From an uncultured delta proteobacterium (lineage in GTDB: Bacteria > Myxococcota_A > Polyangia > Polyangiales > Polyangiaceae), in contig CAVQUB010000001.1 of NCBI GenBank assembly GCA_963716725.1, positions 1 through 64,000 on the forward strand: a stretch of 64,000 nt of DNA, given 5' to 3'. Of this stretch, positions 57,895-64,000 are shown in pieces (position 1 is the first letter of the stretch; each line of letters starts with the position of its first letter). Made by a program: the position numbers and the translations under genes. The notes under the pieces were generated by a model. It saw only the letters and a list, made by a program, of their open reading frames with translations, did no database searches and was not told the DNA's origin.

Positions 57895-59415
57895 ATGGGG
57901 CAGGGGACAGAGAGCGTCGAGCTCGCGGAAGCTCGGAGCAAGCTCGCCGAGCAACGGCATCAGCTCGCATTTGCCCTCGACGCAACGGGGGTCGGCCTCT
58001 GGAGCTGGAGCGCGGATACCGACCGGATCGACTGGGACGAAGTCACGTGTGGGATCTTCGGACGCGTGGTGCCCAAGAGTCTGGACGAGTACCTGGGCTT
58101 CATTCACCCGGAGGACCGCTCCCGCTCCGCCGAACACATCAGCAAAGCAGTTCGGAGCGGGCACTTCGACGACTTCGAGTTGCGCATCGTACGACCGGAC
58201 GGGGCCATCCGGTGGGTCTCTGGCAAGGGGCGCGCTCAGCTCGCTGAGAACGGCGAAGCCCAGCGGCTGGTCGGCGGCATTCTGGACGTGACCGACCAGC
58301 ATCGCCTACGTGAAGAGCTGCACATGTCGCGCAAGCTCGAAGCGGTCGGACAGCTCGCCGAGGGAGTCGCACATCACTTCAACAACCTGTTCACGGTAGC
58401 CCTGGCGAACATCGAGCTCTCCCTGGCGCAGTGCCCAGCCGAGGCCCAAGAGTCGCTCCGCGAGAGCAGCGACGCAGTCCTGCGCGCGGCAGATCTGGTT
58501 CGCCAGTTGACGCTCTTCGCGGGAAGGCATCCCCAGGGAAGCCGCGACAATATGGCCTTCGCAGCCCTCGTCGAGCGGACGGTGGGCGTGTGCCGCGCGA
58601 CCTTTCAGAACGAGGTGCGCATCGAACTCGCCCTCGACCCCGATCTGGGTGCGGTCGCCGGCGACGCGAGCCAGATCGAGCAGTTGATTCTCAACTTGAT
58701 GGTCAATGCCCGTGATGCATTCGAGGGCTCGGAGGTCGTCGATCGCTATATCGAGGTGCGTGCGAATCGGTATCTGCGCCCTACGGGCCAGAGCATGCTC
58801 GAACTTCGGATCATCGACAACGGAGCGGGCATGTCCGACGAGGTGCGGGCCCGGGCAACTGAGCCTTTTTTCACGACCAAGCCCGTCGGGCGCGGCACTG
58901 GCTTGGGGCTGTCAAGCGCGCACGCCATCGTGCAGGAGCATGCAGGTCGCCTGAGCATCGAGTCTCAGGTCGGGGTCGGGACCACCGTGATCGTCGAGCT
59001 TCCGAGCGCCGAACCATCGCGGGTCGAGCCAGCGAGGCCGGTCGAGCGCCCCGAATTCAGTGGCGGTGGGCAGCTCATCCTGGTCGTCGATGATGAGCCG
59101 GCGGTTCGCCGAGTGCTCGGCGCGGTCCTGTCGAGCGCCGGTTTTCAGGTGGAGCAAGCCGGGGACGGCGCCGAGGCTCTCGATTTCGTCGCGCGGGACC
59201 CGCGCCAGGTGGCGTTGGTGGTGCTCGATCAATCCATGCCCGGCATGTCCGGAGGCAGCGTGTTGACGGAGCTCCGACGGATTGCGCCAGCGATCCCCGT
59301 GCTGGGCGTGACGGGTTCCACGACACCCTTCGCCGACTCGGACGGTACCCTGCAAAAGCCCATGACGGCCGACGCGCTCTTGGCTGCCGTTGCTGACCTG
59401 ATCCAGCGAGGCTGA
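57895..59415 (+). CDS. PAS-domain hybrid sensor histidine kinase
   Basis: IHPEDR/RPDG..RW PAS-PAC; AHHFNN H-box; NL.VNARDA; DNG.GM; PFFTTK..G.GTGLGL; receiver VVDDE..D..MPG. Confidence 0.93.
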   Translation: MGQGTESVELAEARSKLAEQRHQLAFALDATGVGLWSWSADTDRIDWDEVTCGIFGRVVPKSLDEYLGFIHPEDRSRSAEHISKAVRSGHFDDFELRIVRPDGAIRWVSGKGRAQLAENGEAQRLVGGILDVTDQHRLREELHMSRKLEAVGQLAEGVAHHFNNLFTVALANIELSLAQCPAEAQESLRESSDAVLRAADLVRQLTLFAGRHPQGSRDNMAFAALVERTVGVCRATFQNEVRIELALDPDLGAVAGDASQIEQLILNLMVNARDAFEGSEVVDRYIEVRANRYLRPTGQSMLELRIIDNGAGMSDEVRARATEPFFTTKPVGRGTGLGLSSAHAIVQEHAGRLSIESQVGVGTTVIVELPSAEPSRVEPARPVERPEFSGGGQLILVVDDEPAVRRVLGAVLSSAGFQVEQAGDGAEALDFVARDPRQVALVVLDQSMPGMSGGSVLTELRRIAPAIPVLGVTGSTTPFADSDGTLQKPMTADALLAAVADLIQRG

Positions 59416-59481
59416 GCTCGAAGGGCGGAGGCTTGGCGGCTACCTGGCCCGGTCCTACACTGCCTCGAGCGGGGGAGGGAA

Positions 59482-60957
59482 ATGAGGGAACAGCGAGTCG
59501 ACCCGAGCGGTGACGCGATCTGCGCGGGGGACCCGAGTTCGAGCGAGGCCTTTCAGAGCACGCTCGTCGCGCCCGGTTCGAGTCCGCGCTCGCGGCCCTT
59601 GGTCGATGCCGAAGGCGTTAGCCCGATAGCCCTCGCCGACTTCGTGCTGGCGTTGCCCACCCTGGGAAAGGCCAACCTGGTGAGCATCGGCCCGCACACG
59701 TCCGAGGGTGCCATTCTGGAAGTCAGGCGCGGAGGCAATACCGTCTTCGCGTGTCGACTCACCTCCGACCAAGCAGCCGCGGCGGTGACTCGGATCGCGT
59801 TGCTCGCCGCTCTCGACCCGCTCGAGGAGCACGGGTCGCTGGCTTCGCTAGCGAACGTGGCACGCTTGCGCGTTCGGGCGGGAGACCGCGCGGCGGACGT
59901 ACTGGTGTCCGTCGGCGCGACTGCGGACGGTCTGGACGCCGAAGTCCGAGCGCTGTCCGGCTCCGACGCTCCGCCCTCCTCGCGCAGCGCTTCGCTCCGC
60001 CGCTGCCCCCGCTGCGGAGAGTGGTCGTCGCCCTCGTTCACCACTTGCCCGCGTGATGAAACCCCGCTGCTCGATGTGCACGACGACCCACGTCCGGGGG
60101 GGACCATCGGGGTCTATAGAGTGCTCGGCCACCTGGGCGCTGGCGGCATGGGAGTCGTTTTGTCCGGCGAGCACGTGTTCCTGGCCCGCCCGGTGGCCAT
60201 CAAGCTCATGCGAGACTCCATCGCCCAGAGTTCGGCAATGGTGCGCCGATTCTTGGCCGAGGCGCGCGCGGCATCTCGGATCGTTCATCCGAACGTCGTC
60301 GAGGTCACTGACTACGGCGTGCTGGCCGATGGTCGCCCGTACTTGGTCATGGAGTGGGTGGGTGGGCAGCCGCTCGATCGAATGCTCGCGGATCGCGGGG
60401 CGTTGCCGCCGGGGCCTGCCATGCGAGTTGCGCGGGCGGTAGCCGAAGGCCTGGCCGCGGCTCACGCCCGAGGCGTGGTGCACAACGACTTGAAGCCCGC
60501 CAACATCGTCCTGCTCGAGGGCTCGTCCGACCAACATCCCGCGCTAAAAATCGTCGATTTCGGCGCCGCATCCTTCCCGAGCGGGGCTGCGAGCGTCGAG
60601 CTCGATGAGCACATCGGCACACCGGCCTACATGTCGCCCGAGCAGGTGCGCGGCGAGCCGACGGATGGTCGATCCGACGTGTACGCGCTCGGCGCGGTGC
60701 TCTACGAGATGTTGACTGGTGCTCCTCCCTTCGCGGGCAACATCCGGAGCGTCCTCCGCGCGCACCTGACCAGTGAGCCGGCTCCGCCTTCGTCGCCCTT
60801 CGGGGCCATGCCGAGTCCGGTGACTCGGGTTGTGGTGCGGGCACTGGCCAAGCGCCTGGAGCAGCGGCCTCAATCCGCGGTCGAGTTCATGCTGGACCTC
60901 GACCGCGCCCTGTCGGTGCTCGAGCGTCCGAGCTGGAGGAAGTGGCTGCCCGCATGA
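59482..60957 (+). CDS. Ser/Thr protein kinase with N-terminal PilB/GspE-N2-like domain and zinc ribbon
   Basis: LGAGGMG, VAIK, HNDLKPAN, DFG, SPE, SDVYALG; CPRC...CPRD; N-terminus aligns by eye to the GspE N2 domain. Confidence 0.9.
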   Translation: MREQRVDPSGDAICAGDPSSSEAFQSTLVAPGSSPRSRPLVDAEGVSPIALADFVLALPTLGKANLVSIGPHTSEGAILEVRRGGNTVFACRLTSDQAAAAVTRIALLAALDPLEEHGSLASLANVARLRVRAGDRAADVLVSVGATADGLDAEVRALSGSDAPPSSRSASLRRCPRCGEWSSPSFTTCPRDETPLLDVHDDPRPGGTIGVYRVLGHLGAGGMGVVLSGEHVFLARPVAIKLMRDSIAQSSAMVRRFLAEARAASRIVHPNVVEVTDYGVLADGRPYLVMEWVGGQPLDRMLADRGALPPGPAMRVARAVAEGLAAAHARGVVHNDLKPANIVLLEGSSDQHPALKIVDFGAASFPSGAASVELDEHIGTPAYMSPEQVRGEPTDGRSDVYALGAVLYEMLTGAPPFAGNIRSVLRAHLTSEPAPPSSPFGAMPSPVTRVVVRALAKRLEQRPQSAVEFMLDLDRALSVLERPSWRKWLPA

Positions 60958-61523
60958 ATCGAGAAGCCTCCATGAGCGTGCTCTTCGTAGACGATGAGCC
61001 GATGCTACTTCGGAGCATCGCGCATTTGCTCGAGCAAGCACCCTTGGAAGTGCTGACTGCGGCCAGTGGCGCTGATGCGTTGCGAATCCTCGAGGAGCGT
61101 CCCGTGGACGTGCTCGTGGCCGATTTCGATATGCCCAAGATGAGCGGTCTCGAATTGCTTGCCATCGTTCGACAGCAGTATCCGAGCGTGCTCAGGATGG
61201 TGCTCACGGGCAATGCGACTCTCGAACGTGCGATGACCGCCATCAACGAGGGAGAAGTTCTGAGGCTCTTCAGCAAGCCTTTCGACGGCGAGACTTTCAG
61301 GCAGACGCTGGGAGCCTTTGCCGAGCGAATCGCGAGGCAGCGCCGAGAAGGGGCGGAGGCGACGCGGCAGGCGCGCCGTCGCGAGTTGCTCGAGTGGGCC
61401 GAGGCTCAGGTGCCGGGTCTCACCTGCGATCTTCCCGAACGTGGTGCAGAATTGCGCATCGACGTTGCCCGCTTGCGCGCCGGTCTGGCGCCGGCGCTCG
61501 CAGGACTTTTGGACGCGGAGTGA
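60954..61523 (+). CDS. response regulator
   Basis: LFVDDE, AD..MP.MSG, LTG, KP; ATGA overlap with the kinase. Confidence 0.9.
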   Translation: MNREASMSVLFVDDEPMLLRSIAHLLEQAPLEVLTAASGADALRILEERPVDVLVADFDMPKMSGLELLAIVRQQYPSVLRMVLTGNATLERAMTAINEGEVLRLFSKPFDGETFRQTLGAFAERIARQRREGAEATRQARRRELLEWAEAQVPGLTCDLPERGAELRIDVARLRAGLAPALAGLLDAE

Positions 61524-61559
61524 GCGCTCTCGATCGCTGACGACCCCAGAGCCAGAGCC

Positions 61560-61970
61560 ATGACGCCAACACCGGCCGCCAACTACGGGTTGGCGGGCGC
61601 GCCGGGCCACTCGACGTTTTGGCAGGATCTCGTCGGGCTCAGGTCGACCTCGACCATTGCGCCGGACCTTGCCCTGCCAGGTTGGGAAGCCGCGTTGCCC
61701 GCGTGGGGCGGCAGCGGACTGGCCAGCGGCTGCATCCCCGCCGAGTTCACGGACTGGTTCAGTCTGCTCCTGCGCGGCAAACGCTTCCCCCTCGAGCCGC
61801 TCGCTCGCGAGGTCTTCGGCGACATGGAGATCGGGAGTTGGCGTGACAGCACACTGTGCGCCGTCCTCGCCGCGCACAGCGCGCGCGCCCATCTGTTCGA
61901 GGTGGACGCGAGCGTCCTGCGCGCGCATTGCTTCTCGTCCCGCGCGCCCGCCGTGGCGCGGGTGGCGTGA
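61560..61970 (+). CDS. hypothetical protein
   Basis: 136-aa ORF following the regulator; no motif recognised. Confidence 0.45.
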   Translation: MTPTPAANYGLAGAPGHSTFWQDLVGLRSTSTIAPDLALPGWEAALPAWGGSGLASGCIPAEFTDWFSLLLRGKRFPLEPLAREVFGDMEIGSWRDSTLCAVLAAHSARAHLFEVDASVLRAHCFSSRAPAVARVA

Positions 61971-61985
61971 GCGAAGGCCGCGCTC

Positions 61986-63290
61986 TCAGCCGAAGCGCCG
62001 ACGTCGAACGACCAGCGAGAGCGCACCAAGGGCGACCAGCCAGAGACCGCGCGACGCTGGCGCTTCGCCAGTGCGGCAGCCACAACCACCGTCATCGCCG
62101 CTGTCATCGGCCTTGCCTTTTCCGCCTCCCGCGTCGACGGGTCCGCCGCCGAGACCTGCGTCGGTCGCGCCGGTGCCGCCCGCGCCCCCGCCGCCCACCG
62201 CGCCTGCGCCCGCGCTGCCGGCCGCGCCCGCTGCGCCCGCTGCGCCCGCCGCTCCACCCGCTCCACCAGCGTCCGGACAGCCCGGCTCACAAGCGCCGAG
62301 CACGCCATTCTCGCACTTCTGGGTTCCGCTTCCGCACGAGGTCTGGCAGCTCACGCTGGTTGGTGCGTCACACCCGGACCAGCCCGCCGCGGTGCAGGTG
62401 CGCGAGCCGTCGATACCGCAGTCACCTTTGCACTTCTCGGTGACCACCGCTTGCACGATCGTCGCCAGCGCGTTGGTGAGCTCCTTGGGTGACGTCGCCT
62501 GCAGGTAGCAGCTTGGAGTCGTGGCGTTGGGATTGCAGCCCGTGAGCGCGGTGCCGCCAGCCACCGCCGCTTTGTTCAAGGTAGAGATGTCGGTCTCCTT
62601 GCCGAATCCGACCACGTAGGTCGGCACGCCGGCAGCCTTCAACGCCTCCACGCCCTTGGTCGGCCAGCTGCGCACGCAGTAACAGCCATCGGAGTTCTTG
62701 CCGCTGCATGCGGGGTCGCTGCTCGATGTTTGGCACGAGTTGCAGGTCGGGCACGGCGACACGCTCATGGCCGAGCAGTCCGCGGAAGTTGCGCACTGCG
62801 GGGCGCCGCTGCTCTGAGGGATGGAACAGTACTGCCAACCATCGGTCATGAAGATGACGTAGTTGGCGTTGGCGGGATTGGTGATGCCCGCGTACTGGGA
62901 CGCCGCGACCAAGCTCTGACCCGCTGGCGTCTGGTTGTTCGGCGGAATCGCCAGATTCGTGATGGTGGTCTGGATGGTCGCAGCGGTGCCCGGACCCACC
63001 GGCACGGTCACCGTCCCGGTCGAACACTGCCCGGCGGGCCCGGGGAAGGTCATCAAGCCGTACTGCGCGGCATCGGGGTAGGTCTTGAACACCTCGGCCG
63101 CGGCCGCCTGCAGCGCCTTCCACTTCGTCGTGGGCGTTCCCGCGTCGTCGATCTGAGCCAGCATCGACGTGGATGAATCGAGCACGAAGAGAATGCGCGG
63201 CGGGTTGCAGCTCTCGGCCCGGAGCTCTGCTGTCGTGCTGAGCACGGTGAATCCGAGGGCGGCCGCGGCGAAGGCTCGAAGGTAAATCAT
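61986..63290 (-). CDS. vWA-domain surface protein with MYXO-CTERM sorting signal
   Basis: Signal peptide; MIDAS DSSTSM, TP, MTDG, YVVGFG; C-terminal GGCGC...TM...RRRR. Confidence 0.88.
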   Translation of the reverse strand: MIYLRAFAAAALGFTVLSTTAELRAESCNPPRILFVLDSSTSMLAQIDDAGTPTTKWKALQAAAAEVFKTYPDAAQYGLMTFPGPAGQCSTGTVTVPVGPGTAATIQTTITNLAIPPNNQTPAGQSLVAASQYAGITNPANANYVIFMTDGWQYCSIPQSSGAPQCATSADCSAMSVSPCPTCNSCQTSSSDPACSGKNSDGCYCVRSWPTKGVEALKAAGVPTYVVGFGKETDISTLNKAAVAGGTALTGCNPNATTPSCYLQATSPKELTNALATIVQAVVTEKCKGDCGIDGSRTCTAAGWSGCDAPTSVSCQTSCGSGTQKCENGVLGACEPGCPDAGGAGGAAGAAGAAGAAGSAGAGAVGGGGAGGTGATDAGLGGGPVDAGGGKGKADDSGDDGGCGCRTGEAPASRGLWLVALGALSLVVRRRRFG

Positions 63291-63361
63291 GGGGCGCATC
63301 TTAGCACCGGAGCGCCCGGATCCGGGCGCTGATCCGCGGCGACGAGGCGCGATGGGCAGTG

Positions 63362-64000
63362 TCAGCAATTCGGGCAGCTGCAGCTGACACCCTTTTGACC
63401 CGAGAAATCCGAGCAGGTCGCGTAGGGCGGAGTGCACACGCTGGGACCGGCGCAGGCGCAGGAGGCGTCGCTGCCGCAGACCTTGGGCACGTCGGCGCAA
63501 TGGTTCTGCACGCCCAGCTGCGTCACGACACTCGCGCAGAAGAGCGCGCCGGTACAGTCAGAGCATTTGGTAACGGTCTTGCACTCGTCCGCGGGAACGC
63601 AGCTGCCCTGCCAGCAGGTTCCGTCGGAGGTGATCAGCGGCACCTGCCCTGGATCGCAATTGGGCGTCGCCGCCTTGCAGGTCACCTTCGACGAATCGCA
63701 GGAGAAGCCCGTCACGCAACGCCCGGCCACACAAGAGGCCTTGGTCGGAGCGCCGAGCTCGCCGCACTTGTCTTGGGCGCAGACCGCCGGACACCCCGCC
63801 GGGTTCTCGGTGGTCGGGACGCCAATGCAGTTGCAGCAGTCCGCGAAGAGCTTGCAGTCGGAGTCCGCCTTGCACTCGGGCTGGCCGGGGCCTCCGCCGC
63901 CGGAGCCACCGGTCGCGCCGCCACTGCCGCCACTGCCGCCGCCCGTCCCTGCCATTCCGCCGGTCGCGCCGCCACTGCCACCGGTCGCGCCGCCGGAGCC
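63362..64000 (-). CDS. Cys-rich secreted protein, 5' end outside the window
   Basis: Gly/Ser/Thr linker then ECKADSDC...CC.C and further Cys motifs. Confidence 0.75.
   Translation of the reverse strand, partial: GSGGATGGSGGATGGMAGTGGGSGGSGGATGGSGGGGPGQPECKADSDCKLFADCCNCIGVPTTENPAGCPAVCAQDKCGELGAPTKASCVAGRCVTGFSCDSSKVTCKAATPNCDPGQVPLITSDGTCWQGSCVPADECKTVTKCSDCTGALFCASVVTQLGVQNHCADVPKVCGSDASCACAGPSVCTPPYATCSDFSGQKGVSCSCPNC

Overview
Very GC-rich bacterial DNA, most likely Myxococcota (Polyangiales-like), judged from a MYXO-CTERM protein, Gly/Cys-rich lipoproteins and Hanks-type Ser/Thr kinases. Main blocks, in order: (1) a mevalonate operon (polyprenyl synthase, mvk, mvaD, putative phosphomevalonate kinase, mvaA) translationally coupled to hisC, with a divergent type 2 IPP isomerase; (2) secreted/lipoprotein genes and a MacAB-type ABC exporter; (3) small enzymes and gene remnants, including an IS91-like fragment; (4) a tightly coupled six-gene prenyl-lipid operon (CrtI-like FAD oxidoreductase, prenol kinase, MenA-like prenyltransferase, two ArsA/Get3-like ATPases, methyltransferase), next to a second UbiA protein and two paralogous GT-C-like membrane proteins; (5) a degenerate GxxExxY nuclease gene bracketed by inverted repeats; (6) GAF protein, CheY-like regulator, trpF, trpB, trpA; (7) a Cys-repeat surface protein, a Sel1 protein with a histone-like tail, a membrane pyrophosphatase, a Ca/Na antiporter and glnE; (8) an orphan PilB/GspE ATPase, a Ycf46-like AAA ATPase, a hybrid kinase, a Ser/Thr kinase and a response regulator. 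The best novelty candidates are the Ser/Thr kinase whose N-terminus looks like a degenerate copy of the PilB/GspE N2 domain encoded nearby, the prenol-salvage/quinone-like operon with a Get3-like pair, and the IR-bounded GxxExxY element. Several single-base frame disruptions suggest sequencing errors. No rRNA, tRNA or CRISPR array was recognised. All calls are by eye from motifs; no searches were run.
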